A stretch of 64,000 nt of DNA from NCBI GenBank assembly GCA_017886205.1, contig JAFNEO010000012.1:235207-299206 (forward strand). Direction: 5' to 3'. Under the pieces are notes generated by a model. It was not told the DNA's origin, made no database searches, and saw only the letters and a program-made list of their open reading frames with translations. The position numbers and the translations under genes were made by a program. This DNA comes from Candidatus Aminicenantes bacterium (lineage in GTDB: Bacteria > Acidobacteriota > Aminicenantia > Aminicenantales > UBA8522). Shown piece after piece: positions 9,591-19,304 of the stretch (position 1 is the first letter of the stretch; each line of letters starts with the position of its first letter).

Positions 9591-10512
9591 AAATGAAGAT
9601 GTCCTGGTCGTAGCCGATCTTGACCAGCTCTATCTTGTTCGGGTCGGCGGTGCCCAGGTGGTACTCTGTGTCGGCCGTGAGGATATGTTTGGCCGGCGGG
9701 CTCAGCGGCCGCTCCTCCCCGAAGAATTCCTGCCGCTTGGCCTGGATGATGCGCAGTCCCGTGGCATCCACGGCCACCGGGTCGACGCCCACCAGGAATC
9801 CAAAATAGGACCAGACATACTTGGGGTTGAAGCTGTGCGGGCCGAGAACATGGAACTGGGGAGTGAGCATGACCAGGACGTTCAGGCGCGTCCTGCCCTT
9901 GACCTGCGGCTTCTCCCAGATCGAGGCCAGACTCGCGCAGCTGTCTCCATGGTAGTTCTCGGGGTCGGGGATGAACATGATGTAGTTCTTGATCAGGGTG
10001 CCCACTCCCGCCCAGTGGTGGGCCCTCATCGGCCGGGCGTTGATCAGGGCGGTGGCTTTCTGGAACACCGGGTGACGCAGGACGCCCCTGTCGTCGATGC
10101 CGATGTTGGCTTCTTTGACGCCGGCGTCCATGACGCGCTTTTTCAGGGCGTTCTCGACCTCGGGTGTAGTCGGAATGTATGTCCAAACATTGCTCTTGAT
10201 GCCGACGATGTCGTCCGGCTTGATGAAAGTCTTCCAAGACGCAACGGCATCCGGCTTGCCGGTTAGCTCCTTAACGGCCGCATCCAGCATGTCCAGGACA
10301 ACTTCGGCTTTGGGCCGGCCCTGCTCGTCGAGGACGTCCTTGTTTCTCACCAGGACGACTTTTGACTTCTTGATTTCCTGGGCGGCTCTAGCCGGGCCCG
10401 CTGCCTTCATGGCGGCCCACTCCGGCTTCGTCAGGAACACGGCGCCGCCGACCGCGGCCAGGGAGGTTCGCCTGATGAACTCCCGCCGGGTGATTATCTT
10501 CTTCTTTTTCAT
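9589..10512 (-). CDS. Twin-arginine (TAT) signal exported protein, unknown function (possibly DUF362-like); paralog of 26651-27541
   Basis: N-terminal 'ITRREFIRRTSLAAVGGAVF' TAT motif; ~50% identity blocks shared with 26651-27541 (IGIKSNVW.Y.PT.PEVE.A.KKR..DAGVKE.NIGIDD). Confidence 0.5.
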   Translation of the reverse strand: MKKKKIITRREFIRRTSLAAVGGAVFLTKPEWAAMKAAGPARAAQEIKKSKVVLVRNKDVLDEQGRPKAEVVLDMLDAAVKELTGKPDAVASWKTFIKPDDIVGIKSNVWTYIPTTPEVENALKKRVMDAGVKEANIGIDDRGVLRHPVFQKATALINARPMRAHHWAGVGTLIKNYIMFIPDPENYHGDSCASLASIWEKPQVKGRTRLNVLVMLTPQFHVLGPHSFNPKYVWSYFGFLVGVDPVAVDATGLRIIQAKRQEFFGEERPLSPPAKHILTADTEYHLGTADPNKIELVKIGYDQDIFI

Positions 10513-10586
10513 CTGTCCTCCTCGTTGTTGGCCGTCACCTCAGCACTTCTATCGGCTTACAAATTCTATCGATGGCATCGAAATCG

Positions 10587-11507
10587 TCAGTTCGTCGGGG
10601 ATTGTCCGGGCCCGATCATGTCAAGATAGGAGACGGCAGCCTCCCGCGACGGAGCGTTGAAGACAACAGAGAGCCTGGTTCCTTCGACCCGGCAGCCCGT
10701 CCAGAGGCCGTCGGGCAAGCGGGCCATTCCCTCGCTGGCGTCATGCAGGTAGTTCCGGAGAAAGCTCTGCTCGGCCTCCTTGGCCTTGGTCGCGTCCGGA
10801 TACAGGGCGATCAGTAGATGCACGGGCTTGCCGTCTGTCTTGTACTTCGCGAGCACCGCCTGGGTCTCATCGTCGATCAGAAGTATGTTTTCGTTGGCGA
10901 TGAAGAAGTGGCTGTTGAGCCAGATGTAATGATGGAAATAGCGGACACTTTCCGGGATGAGGTTCGGCTGCGGCAGGAGGCCGATGACCGGCGGCACGTC
11001 GCCTTGTTTGGGGACGGCGTCCGCCAGCGCCCGTCCGAGTCCGAGGACGATCTCCTTTTTCCCGCCGGTTTCGGGATAGGCTAGTATGGAGACATAGTAC
11101 CTGTCCTTCCAGAAAGTCAGCAGGCCCGCGTTGTATTCCGACCCCTGGCCCACAATCTTATCCTCGCGCTCCCGGCCATGAGAAAAGAGGCCGAAGGCGT
11201 CGTAGGAGTTGCCCATGTCAAAGATGTCGATGACGATCTCTTCCTCGTCTGCAGCCTTGTACCGGACGGCCAGGAGTTTCCGGAAATTGTAGGAGATGTA
11301 GAGCTCCGCTCCGCCGTCGATGTAATCGTAGAGGTTGCTCTTGTCGTAGGTTTCCGGCGGCTCGGCTTTCTTCCAGCCGCTCAACTCGGCCGGGAGGATG
11401 GAATAGAGCTTCTCGAGGGATTGAGACATGGCCACCCCCGTGGAGAGTATTAGCAGGACAAAACTAAAGACCAGCCGATACGAATTCCGGCGGGCCGATG
11501 TGCTCAT
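10587..11507 (-). CDS. Secreted protein of unknown function; partner of TAT protein; paralog of 27549-28439
   Basis: Signal peptide (RLVFSFVLLILSTGVAMSQS); conserved block YDYIDGGAELYISYNF shared with paralog; start codon uncertain (alternatives at 11525/11552). Confidence 0.45.
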   Translation of the reverse strand: MSTSARRNSYRLVFSFVLLILSTGVAMSQSLEKLYSILPAELSGWKKAEPPETYDKSNLYDYIDGGAELYISYNFRKLLAVRYKAADEEEIVIDIFDMGNSYDAFGLFSHGREREDKIVGQGSEYNAGLLTFWKDRYYVSILAYPETGGKKEIVLGLGRALADAVPKQGDVPPVIGLLPQPNLIPESVRYFHHYIWLNSHFFIANENILLIDDETQAVLAKYKTDGKPVHLLIALYPDATKAKEAEQSFLRNYLHDASEGMARLPDGLWTGCRVEGTRLSVVFNAPSREAAVSYLDMIGPGQSPTN

Positions 11508-11587
11508 CACAGTTCTCTGCCTCATGAACAAGTAGGAATAGCAAACGTCCAAGAAAAAGTCAAAAATACTCCTCCTCCATTTTAGTT

Positions 11588-11735
11588 CCCCTCTTTAGCA
11601 AAGAGGGGTCAGGGGAGATTTTATAAATAATAAGCAACTCCATATCCCTACTATCCTTGTTCGCCTTTTCCAATCCCCCCTCGCCCCCCTTTCCCAAAAG
11701 GGGGGGAAGATAAAACCTCCCTTTTCCAAAGGGGG
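11588..11735. other. Array of three similar short GC hairpins (CCCYTTT-loop-AAAGGGG) in an AT-rich divergent intergenic region
   Basis: cccctctttAGCaaagagggg (11588-11608), cccccctttCCCAaaagggggg (11684-11706), ccctttTCCaaaggggg (11718-11735). Confidence 0.4.
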
Positions 11736-11852
11736 ATAATAAAGATGCCAAGTGCCCGCCCTCCCGTGGATACCACACTAAACGTCATTGAGCCTAAATC
11801 CTGTTGCCTGAACACCGCTTTTTTCCTATGATGGTGAAAAAGGAGATCTTAG

Positions 11853-13556
11853 GTGAAGCAAAAGTTCTCGTTCCTAGTATCGATCCTTGTCTTGTTCGCT
11901 GTTTCAGCCCTTGCTCAGCAGCCGACAGCCTCAGGTCAGCCGCCGACATACGAGGAGAAGCTCAATCGCGTGTTCCAGGAATGGGAGCGGCCCGACCGGC
12001 CGGGCGGCGTCGTGGCCGTTGTCGAGAAGGGACAGGTTGTTTATAAAAGATGCTTCGGCCAGGCCAACGTGGAATACCAGCTCGCGACGACACCTCAGAC
12101 CGTCTATGATGTCGGCCAGCTGGCCGAAGCCGTCACCGGCATGGCCGTAGCCATGCTCGAGGACCAGGGCAAGATTTCCGCCGCCGATCCCATCAAAAAA
12201 TACCTGCCTGAGCTGCCGTCCTGGGCGGACGGCCTCACGGTCGGCCACCTTGTCCATCATATGAGCGGGCTTCCCGACTGGTACGAGCTCATGACGGCCG
12301 CCGGATGGAACGACGGGGATGCCATGACCCTCGACCAAATCCTCAAGATCCTCAAGCGCCAGAAGCAGCTCCTCTTCGAGCCCGGCACGAAGAGCCTTCC
12401 TTCGCGGGCCGACTATGTCCTCCTTGGCGAAGTGGTGCGCCGGGTAACCGGCCAGTCCTTCCGGGATTGGACTTGGGCCAACATCTTCAAGCCGCTGGGC
12501 ATGACCCGGACGCTCTTCCGCGACAGCTACCGGGAGATCGTCGAAGACCGAGCCTACTCGATCAATTATCATTACCGGGACGGCTATCTCAAGGGTGCCG
12601 ACAACCTGGGCGCAGTGGGTTCCCTGGGACTATTTACGACTCTCGATGATTTCATCAAGTGGGTGCTGAACCTCGACAACCCGGTCGTCGGCTCGGCCCG
12701 GGTCAAGGACAAGATGCTGACCTCCGGGAAATTGTATGACGGACGCGAAACGGGCTTCTCCTACGGGTTCGCGGTGGATTCTTACAAGGGCCTCAAGCGG
12801 GTCCATAAGAGCGGCAGTTGGGGAGGTTTCCGCACCGCCTTCCGGTATTTCCCGGCGGCTTCCTTGGCCGTTTTCGTTTTTTGCAGCTGGGATTATAGCT
12901 GGAACGATCCCAACCAGTGCGCCGACAACGCAGCCGACGTCTGCCTGGAGGCACTGCTGGAGAAGCCCGCGGCGCCACCCGCTCCCGCGGGAGCCAAGCG
13001 AAAACCCCTCAAGCTGAGCCCGGCGGAGCTGTCTCAATATGTCGGCGAATACCGGTCCGGAGGATGGGGCTACCTGACCATAGCGCAGGAGAAAGACGTG
13101 CTGCTGTTCAAGGCGGGCGGACAAGCCTTCCCGCTGATCTCCATGGGGGAGGGGCGTTTTTCTTTCGAGGACCCGAACATCCCCATCGTACTCACTTTTT
13201 CCAGGGGGCCCGACAGAAAAGTGAGCCAGTTCTCCTTTGATCCCGGGAACGGAGAGGTCACAGCCCAGAGGGTCGAACGGGAGACACTCACTCCTGAGCA
13301 GTTGAAGATCTACGAAGGAGCATACTATTGCGTGGATCTCGATGCCCGATACGAGATCGTCACGCGGGAGGGCCGGCTCGTCCTGACCGGCCTGCGGACG
13401 AGGGATATTGCCTTGACGCCGGAGAACCGGAAGACCTTTGTCAGCGACGGCGCCGGGTTTCAGCTCATCTCATTCTTGATCAGCGAGAAAGGCGAGGTGA
13501 CCGGATTCCGCGTCGAATCCGACTCCCTCCGCCATCTGGCTTTCCAGAAGGAATAG
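11853..13556 (+). CDS. Secreted beta-lactamase-fold protein predicted catalytically inactive (S-x-x-K replaced by Q-L-A-E)
   Basis: GTG start with SD aaaaaggag; signal peptide; aligns to 2140-3618 product with 'GSMNK' -> 'GQLAE'; retains KSG (KTG-like) motif 'HKSGSWGGF'. Confidence 0.6.
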   Translation: MKQKFSFLVSILVLFAVSALAQQPTASGQPPTYEEKLNRVFQEWERPDRPGGVVAVVEKGQVVYKRCFGQANVEYQLATTPQTVYDVGQLAEAVTGMAVAMLEDQGKISAADPIKKYLPELPSWADGLTVGHLVHHMSGLPDWYELMTAAGWNDGDAMTLDQILKILKRQKQLLFEPGTKSLPSRADYVLLGEVVRRVTGQSFRDWTWANIFKPLGMTRTLFRDSYREIVEDRAYSINYHYRDGYLKGADNLGAVGSLGLFTTLDDFIKWVLNLDNPVVGSARVKDKMLTSGKLYDGRETGFSYGFAVDSYKGLKRVHKSGSWGGFRTAFRYFPAASLAVFVFCSWDYSWNDPNQCADNAADVCLEALLEKPAAPPAPAGAKRKPLKLSPAELSQYVGEYRSGGWGYLTIAQEKDVLLFKAGGQAFPLISMGEGRFSFEDPNIPIVLTFSRGPDRKVSQFSFDPGNGEVTAQRVERETLTPEQLKIYEGAYYCVDLDARYEIVTREGRLVLTGLRTRDIALTPENRKTFVSDGAGFQLISFLISEKGEVTGFRVESDSLRHLAFQKE

Positions 13557-13615
13557 CCGGCCGCACTGATCCGCTGACACGGAAAGAAAATCATCGAGAT
13601 TGAGGTCCGCCGTCT

Positions 13616-14113
13616 TCAGTCCCGCCCGGGTTTGGGCTGCCGCTTCTCAGCAAATCGCCCGGGTTGGGCTTCGGGCGTCGGCATATTGATTTGGCCCTCG
13701 AAATAAGAGCCATCGGCGATGGCCAGGAGCTTCGTCTGGATGTTCCCCCGCATCCTGGCCTTGGTCCGGAGCTCGACGTGGAGGGCGGGGCCGATGTTCC
13801 CCTCGAGCTCGCCCTCGAGGATGACATGGGCGCAGAAAATATTGCCCTTCACTTTTGCCGTCTCCTCGACCCACACCAGACCTTCGCAGCGGATGTCTCC
13901 CTGTATCTCTCCGGCGACCCGAACGCCGGCGCGGCCGCTGATCTCACCCTTAAAAGTGCTCTGGGCCGAGACGACCGTATCATCGGGACCTGATCTGTCC
14001 TCCAGCCGGCGGAACTGCTTCGCGGCGGCCTGAGGCGTTTCCGAGGACGCGGGGGGCTCCGGCGCTTCTAAAGAAGGCGCACCGAAAAGCTTGGACTTAA
14101 ATCCCTTTAGCAT
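13616..14113 (-). CDS. Bactofilin-family cytoskeletal protein
   Basis: Repetitive beta-helical pattern (KGNIFCAHVILEGELEGNIGPALHVELRTKARMRGNIQTKLL...GSYFEGQINM); start chosen at MLKGFKSKLFGAP. Confidence 0.6.
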   Translation of the reverse strand: MLKGFKSKLFGAPSLEAPEPPASSETPQAAAKQFRRLEDRSGPDDTVVSAQSTFKGEISGRAGVRVAGEIQGDIRCEGLVWVEETAKVKGNIFCAHVILEGELEGNIGPALHVELRTKARMRGNIQTKLLAIADGSYFEGQINMPTPEAQPGRFAEKRQPKPGRD

Positions 14114-14224
14114 CAAATAGAGTTTATTCAGAGCCGGGACGGAAGTCAAGCCTCGGGAGAGGTTTTCTGCGGGCAATCGGTCCGATTCCCCTCTGTGCTA
14201 GAATATAGGAGAAAGGAGGCTCCC

Positions 14225-15346
14225 ATGAGCTGGTCGATCAAGCTTTTCCGCGTCAAGGGGATCGAGATCCGGGTCCATCTGACTTTTGTCCTGATCCTGA
14301 TCTGGGCCGCGAGCCGCTGGGGAGTGACGATGAAGGGTGGCACGAGGGGCGCGCTCTACGGTGTTCTGGTGATTCTCCTACTCTTTGTCTGCGTAACCAT
14401 CCACGAGCTGGCCCATAGCCTGACGGCGATGCGGTTCGGCGTCAAGGTAAGAAATATCACGCTCCTTCCGATCGGCGGCATCTCTCAGATGGAGGAGATG
14501 CCCAAGAAGCCATCCGAGGAGTTGCGCATGTCACTGGCCGGGCCGCTGAGCAACTTCATTATCGCCGCGGTCCTGCTCCTCCTCTCCATCCCCTTTCATT
14601 TCCAAGCGGAGGTTTCGGCCGCGCGGATGAGCCGGGTCCTGGGTTCGGTGAGCTGGGAGGGGCTCCTGGCCTATCTTATCACGGCCAACATCATGCTCGG
14701 GGTGTTCAACCTCCTGCCGGCCTTTCCCATGGACGGCGGGCGCGTCCTGCGCTCCCTGCTGGCCATGAGGATGGATCATGCCAAGGCGACCTCGGTGGCG
14801 GCCGCGGCCGGACAGGGACTGGCCTGGGTGATGGGACTTATCGGCGTCCTGAACGGCGCCTGGACGCTTGTCATCATCGCCGTTTTCATCTACCTCGGGG
14901 CCGGCCAGGAAGGGCGGATGGTCGAGGTCAAGAACGTGCTCGGCGAGCTGCGGGTGCGGCAGGCCATGACGACGAAGTTTCAGTCCGTGACCCCGGATGA
15001 GCCCTTGTCGCGGGCGGTGGACTTGATCCTGCACGGTTTTCAGACTGTCTTCCCCGTGCTCGAGGAGGGCCGTCTTGCCGGAGTCCTGACCGAGGCCGAC
15101 CTGGTGAGTGCGCTTAAGCACCAGGGACTCGAGGTGGCCGTAAAGATGGCCATGCGCACCGATGTCCCCACCGTCGACCCCGACAGCTCTCTATTCGACG
15201 CCCAACAGCTCATCTCCGAAAAACGGTTGGGCGCGCTGCCGGTAGGCCAGGGGGGGCGGATCATCGGCCTCCTCACTCCCCACGACGTGAGCGAAGCGTA
15301 CCTGTTCCTCTCCTTGAAGCCCGACCTCCTTGCCAAAACCCAATAG
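14225..15346 (+). CDS. Site-2 protease (M50 metallopeptidase) with C-terminal tandem CBS domains
   Basis: HELAHSL HExxH motif, NLLPAFPMDGG (LDG) motif, multiple TM helices, CBS-like C-terminus; SD aggagg upstream of ATG 14225. Confidence 0.8.
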   Translation: MSWSIKLFRVKGIEIRVHLTFVLILIWAASRWGVTMKGGTRGALYGVLVILLLFVCVTIHELAHSLTAMRFGVKVRNITLLPIGGISQMEEMPKKPSEELRMSLAGPLSNFIIAAVLLLLSIPFHFQAEVSAARMSRVLGSVSWEGLLAYLITANIMLGVFNLLPAFPMDGGRVLRSLLAMRMDHAKATSVAAAAGQGLAWVMGLIGVLNGAWTLVIIAVFIYLGAGQEGRMVEVKNVLGELRVRQAMTTKFQSVTPDEPLSRAVDLILHGFQTVFPVLEEGRLAGVLTEADLVSALKHQGLEVAVKMAMRTDVPTVDPDSSLFDAQQLISEKRLGALPVGQGGRIIGLLTPHDVSEAYLFLSLKPDLLAKTQ

Positions 15347-15426
15347 GGGTCAGGTCTCAACATTCAACAATTTAGACTCGATTCCAAGGCTCTGCCCGAT
15401 TTGTTGATTGTTGAGACCTGACCCCC
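15346..15426. repeat. REP-like repeat family A doublet (GGGGTCAGGTCTCAACATTCAACAA ... TTGTTGATTGTTGAGACCTGACCCC)
   Basis: Inverted pair with ~30-nt spacer; copies at 19177, 21903, 28519, 50694 and singleton half-sites elsewhere. Confidence 0.85.
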
Positions 15427-15459
15427 AAATTTTCCAAATTGGATTAAGGAGATGCGCAG

Positions 15460-16404
15460 ATGAATAACGAAGAAATTGTCCAGGCGTGGGCGAAGACAAG
15501 AGGATACCGCGCGGCCGTTGGGAGCGTCTCGCTGCTGGAAGAAGTCCGCAGTGCCCTCCAAAGGCGCCGGGAGGCCGGAGAGATCGAGGCTGGTTTCTAT
15601 CGGGAAAACCTGGATATTTTCACCTACCTTGACGGAGTCCCGCTCGAGAATCCGCAGTCGATTATTCTCGTTGCCGTCCCCGCGCCCGCGCATATTCTGT
15701 CTTTTGTCGTCGGCGATAAAAGGATCGAAACCATTCTCCCTCCGACCTATGCCGGCTACCGGGAAACGTTCGCCGAGGTCAGGGACGACCTCGCGGGAGC
15801 CCTGTCAGGCTCGGGCTTCCGGGTGGAGCTTCTGAACGCTCCGCTCAAGGCGCTGGGAAACCGGCTGGGATTGCTTTCCTATGGCCGGAACAACGTCGGT
15901 TACATCGAGGGCCTGGGAAGTTATTTCCAGCTAGTCGGCCTTGTATCCGACATGCCGTTCGATAAAGAGAGCATGCCTCCCAGGTCGGCGGAGACGCTCC
16001 TACCCAGATGCCGGGAGTGCAGGATCTGTGCGGCGGCCTGCCCGACGGGCGCTATTGACAGGGAAAGGATCCTCCTCCATGCCGAAAGATGCTACACACT
16101 GTTTTCCGAATCGCAGCGACCGATCCCCGAGAACCTCAAGTCCCCGTCCCCGAAGTGCATTATCGGATGTCTGAGATGCCAGGAGCTCTGCCCCGAAAAC
16201 AAGGGCCTGTTGCGGCATGAAAACGCAGCCGTGTCCTTCGATGCAGAGGAGACCAAAGCCTTTCTCGGGATGACGCCGGCGAAGGGCGGCCGGGCCTTCG
16301 ACCGCGCCCAGGCGAAATTTCAGGAACTGGGCTTGACGGAAGGCCTTCCTGTATTTAGACGAAACCTTAAGCGTCTGCTCCGGATCCACGGCGTCATCTC
16401 ATAA
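15460..16404 (+). CDS. 4Fe-4S dicluster protein, QueG (epoxyqueuosine reductase)-like core
   Basis: Two CxxCxxCxxxCP motifs (CRECRICAAACPTGAI; CIIGCLRCQELCPEN) and QueG-like block 'PLKALGNRLGLLSYGRNNVGYIEGLGSYFQLVGLVSDMPF'; shorter than canonical QueG. Confidence 0.45.
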   Translation: MNNEEIVQAWAKTRGYRAAVGSVSLLEEVRSALQRRREAGEIEAGFYRENLDIFTYLDGVPLENPQSIILVAVPAPAHILSFVVGDKRIETILPPTYAGYRETFAEVRDDLAGALSGSGFRVELLNAPLKALGNRLGLLSYGRNNVGYIEGLGSYFQLVGLVSDMPFDKESMPPRSAETLLPRCRECRICAAACPTGAIDRERILLHAERCYTLFSESQRPIPENLKSPSPKCIIGCLRCQELCPENKGLLRHENAAVSFDAEETKAFLGMTPAKGGRAFDRAQAKFQELGLTEGLPVFRRNLKRLLRIHGVIS

Positions 16405-16502
16405 AAAATGGGGGCGGTCCTATTTTTTTTATTTAGCCGGATTATTTCCCGTAGTTGACGCCGCTGGCCGAGGATACTAGGATTTTATCCGCAGGACAAA
16501 CA

Positions 16503-16865
16503 GTGGAATTCGAGCACCGAGTCAAAGGTGTGATCAAGGCGATCCCCCGCGGCAAAGTCGCCACCTACGTTCAGGTCGCCGCTCTCGCCGGAAACCACCG
16601 GGCCGCCCGCCAGGTCGTCCGGGTTCTTCACGCGTCCTCCCACAAGGACCGCCTTCCCTGGCACCGCGTCATCAACAGCCGCGGCGGGATTTCGCTCGGA
16701 CGGGGCCGTGGGTTCGAGGAACAGAGGCGCCTCCTCCTCCAGGAAGGCGTTGACGTTAGCCGCTCGGGCCGCATCGCCCTCGAGGAATTTCAATGGGAAC
16801 CGGAAGGCCTGCGTTCCAGGGCCGTCGCGAAATTCCTCCGTGAGCTCAACCGAGAGGATACATAA
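16503..16865 (+). CDS. Alkyltransferase-like (ATL) protein, MGMT DNA-binding domain with Cys->Trp (PWHRV)
   Basis: 'IPRGKVATYVQVAALAG' and 'LPWHRVINSRGGIS' (PWHRV instead of PCHRV); start placed at GTG 16503 (track start 16455 is TTG). Confidence 0.6.
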   Translation: MEFEHRVKGVIKAIPRGKVATYVQVAALAGNHRAARQVVRVLHASSHKDRLPWHRVINSRGGISLGRGRGFEEQRRLLLQEGVDVSRSGRIALEEFQWEPEGLRSRAVAKFLRELNREDT

Positions 16866-16941
16866 TTCGGTGCCTACCTAATTCGGTGTCAGGCAGCTAA
16901 TTACCGAAATTCTCATTAGTGTATTTAGTTGCCTGGCACCG
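16864..16941. repeat. REP-like repeat family B doublet
   Basis: aattcggtgcctacctaattcggtgtcaggcagctaattaccgaaatt + inverted partial tttagttgcctggcaccg. Confidence 0.8.
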
Positions 16942-16980
16942 TCTTCAGGCACCGTATTAGCAAGCCTAGTCGTTCTGGAC

Positions 16981-17005
16981 TTGTTGATTGTTGAGACCTG
17001 ACCCC
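16981..17005. repeat. REP family A half-site (TTGTTGATTGTTGAGACCTGACCCC)
   Basis: Exact match to conserved family A half. Confidence 0.85.
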
Positions 17006-17040
17006 TAAGTGTGATAATAACCATGTTCTGGAGGGTGAAC

Positions 17041-19128
17041 ATGAAAAAAATTCTTTGGACAATCCTTATCTTTATCGGCTTGGCTGTCATCGGATACGCT
17101 CTGGAAAAACAGGTTGAGCCTGCGAAGCAGGTCGAACCGGCTAAGCCGGCCGCACAGGCCACTCAGATACCCGGCCCAGCTTTCAAGGACGTGCTGAGCC
17201 TCAAGTCCGTCGGCAGCCCGGTCATTTCTCCCAGCGGGAAGGACATCCTTTTCCCCGTGAGCCAGGCCGACTGGGATAAGAATAAGTACGATACCGAGAT
17301 CTGGCTCAGCCGCGATGGCACTGCTCCCTTTCAGCTGACGCAGACCACCGATGAAAGCAGCGACTCGCCGTCCTGGTCGCCGGATGGCCGCCGGATCGCC
17401 TTCCTGGCTAACCGCGACGGCAAAACCAGCCAGGCCTACCTCATCAACCCCGCCGGCGGCGAGGCCTTCAAGCTCACAAACCACAAGGAGGGCGTCAGCT
17501 CCTACGAATGGGCTCCCTCGGGCCAGTTCATTGCCTTCGCTTCGACCGAGCCCCAAAGCAAAGAGCAGAAGGGCCGCGAGAAACAGTACGGCAAGTTCCA
17601 GGTCGAAGACGCTGAATACCGGATGACCCATCTCTGGCTTGTCGCCGTCGAGCCGGGCAAGACTCCGGAGGCAAAGAGACTGACCTCGGGCACGGATTTC
17701 ACAGTCGGTGGTTTCGCTTGGTCACCTGACGGGAAGAAAATCGCCTTTGCCCACCGCCCCGACCCCCTGATCAACTCCTATCACAAGAGCGATATCTCCG
17801 TCCTGGACGTGGAATCCGGGAAGATCACACCGCTCGTCACCCAGCCGGGCTCGGACCGCGGGCCCCAGTGGTCTCCCGACGGCCAATGGATCGCCTTTTC
17901 CACCAAAATGGGGGACGATCGCTACTTTATCAACAGCAAAATCGCCAAGATACCAGGAGGGGGAGGCCCGATTACGGTCCTGACCTCAACCTTCGATGAG
18001 AATCCTTACATGCTCAAGTGGACAAAGGCCGGCCTTGCCTTTATTGGCTCCGAGGGTGTCTTTACGCGGCTGTATCTCCTCGACCCGGCCAATGGAAACG
18101 TCACCAAAATCGTCTCCACACCCGAAAATATCAGCGACGTGAGCTTCGCCGAGGACGGCAACGCGGTTGCCTTCGCCGGGGGTGACCGGACGACCCTTGG
18201 CGAAATCTACCGCGCGACCCTGGATTCGTGGAAACCGGAGGCCGTCACCAAGATGACTGAACAAGTCGCCGGCTGGAAGACCGGCACACGCGAAGTCATC
18301 CAATGGAAGAGCAAGGACGGCACCTCGATCGAGGGCGTCCTCTGGAAGCCCGACGGGTTCGAGCCCGGCCGGAAATATCCGCTGCTCGTCATCATCCACG
18401 GCGGACCGGCGGGCATCTCAATCCCGGTCCTGGTCGATGCCTACGTCTATCCCTATCTCGAATGGTTGAACAAGGGCGCGCTGATCCTGGAGCCGAACTA
18501 TCGGGGCTCAACGGGTTACGGCGAGAAATTCCGCTCCCTGAACGTCCGCAACCTGGGCGTGGGCGACATGTGGGACGTGGAATCCGGGGTCGATAGCCTG
18601 ATCGCGAAAGGCCTGGTCGATCCCGACCGGATGGGCGCCATGGGCTGGAGCCAGGGCGGCTACATCTCGGCTTTCCTGGCCACGAACTCGAAGAAGTTCA
18701 AGGCGATATCGGTCGGGGCCGGGATCTCCAACTGGGTAACTTATTACGTCAACACCGACGTCCATCCCTTTACCCGACATTATCTCAAGGCCACACCTTG
18801 GGACGACATGGAAATCTATTTGAAGACCTCGCCCATGACGAACATCAAGAAGGCGCGTACCCCCACCCTGATCCAGCACGGCGAGAACGACCGCCGCGTT
18901 CCCATCCCCAACGCCTACGAGCTCTTCCAGGGCCTCCAGGACGTGGGCGTCGAGACGAAGCTTATCGTCTATAAGGATTTCGGCCACGGTATCTCGCGGC
19001 CCAAGGAGCAACTCGCCGCCACGTGGCACAACTGGCAGTGGTTTGCCAAGTACATCTGGGGAGAGGATGTCGTGATTCCGGTGGAGGTTGAAGAGGAAAA
19101 AGAGAAGGACGAAGAGGCGAAAAAATAG
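17041..19128 (+). CDS. S9-family serine peptidase (prolyl oligopeptidase/acylaminoacyl-peptidase-like) with N-terminal beta-propeller
   Basis: Signal peptide; PD40-like WSPDG repeats; nucleophile elbow GWSQGGY; C-terminal D...FGHGI; SD ggaggg before ATG 17041. Confidence 0.85.
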   Translation: MKKILWTILIFIGLAVIGYALEKQVEPAKQVEPAKPAAQATQIPGPAFKDVLSLKSVGSPVISPSGKDILFPVSQADWDKNKYDTEIWLSRDGTAPFQLTQTTDESSDSPSWSPDGRRIAFLANRDGKTSQAYLINPAGGEAFKLTNHKEGVSSYEWAPSGQFIAFASTEPQSKEQKGREKQYGKFQVEDAEYRMTHLWLVAVEPGKTPEAKRLTSGTDFTVGGFAWSPDGKKIAFAHRPDPLINSYHKSDISVLDVESGKITPLVTQPGSDRGPQWSPDGQWIAFSTKMGDDRYFINSKIAKIPGGGGPITVLTSTFDENPYMLKWTKAGLAFIGSEGVFTRLYLLDPANGNVTKIVSTPENISDVSFAEDGNAVAFAGGDRTTLGEIYRATLDSWKPEAVTKMTEQVAGWKTGTREVIQWKSKDGTSIEGVLWKPDGFEPGRKYPLLVIIHGGPAGISIPVLVDAYVYPYLEWLNKGALILEPNYRGSTGYGEKFRSLNVRNLGVGDMWDVESGVDSLIAKGLVDPDRMGAMGWSQGGYISAFLATNSKKFKAISVGAGISNWVTYYVNTDVHPFTRHYLKATPWDDMEIYLKTSPMTNIKKARTPTLIQHGENDRRVPIPNAYELFQGLQDVGVETKLIVYKDFGHGISRPKEQLAATWHNWQWFAKYIWGEDVVIPVEVEEEKEKDEEAKK

Positions 19129-19176
19129 AGCAAACAAAGGCCAAGTCGCAGAAAGTCAAAGTAGGGGTCTCGAAGT

Positions 19177-19246
19177 AGGGGTCAGGTCTCAACAATCAAC
19201 AAATGCGGAGCGACTCTGTCCATTGTTGAATGTTGAGACCTGATAC
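19177..19246. repeat. REP family A doublet
   Basis: ggggtcaggtctcaacaatcaacaa-N20-ttgttgaatgttgagacctgatacc; preceded by partial duplication gtaggggtctc. Confidence 0.85.
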
Positions 19247-19304
19247 CGGAGTACCCCCATTTCCCAATTTTCCAGAACTTCGCCTTGGAATCAAGTTCAG
19301 TAGC

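Noticed and set aside
9554-10266. 227-aa (-) and 230-aa (+) ORFs
   Set aside because: They are alternative or antisense frames of the TAT-protein gene 9589-10512. Low-complexity Arg/Pro/His-rich.
13070-13291. Assorted 60-110-aa ORFs nested in larger genes throughout the window
   Set aside because: They are nested or overlapping in alternative frames of well-supported genes. No independent evidence such as RBS, motifs or conservation between the duplicated regions.
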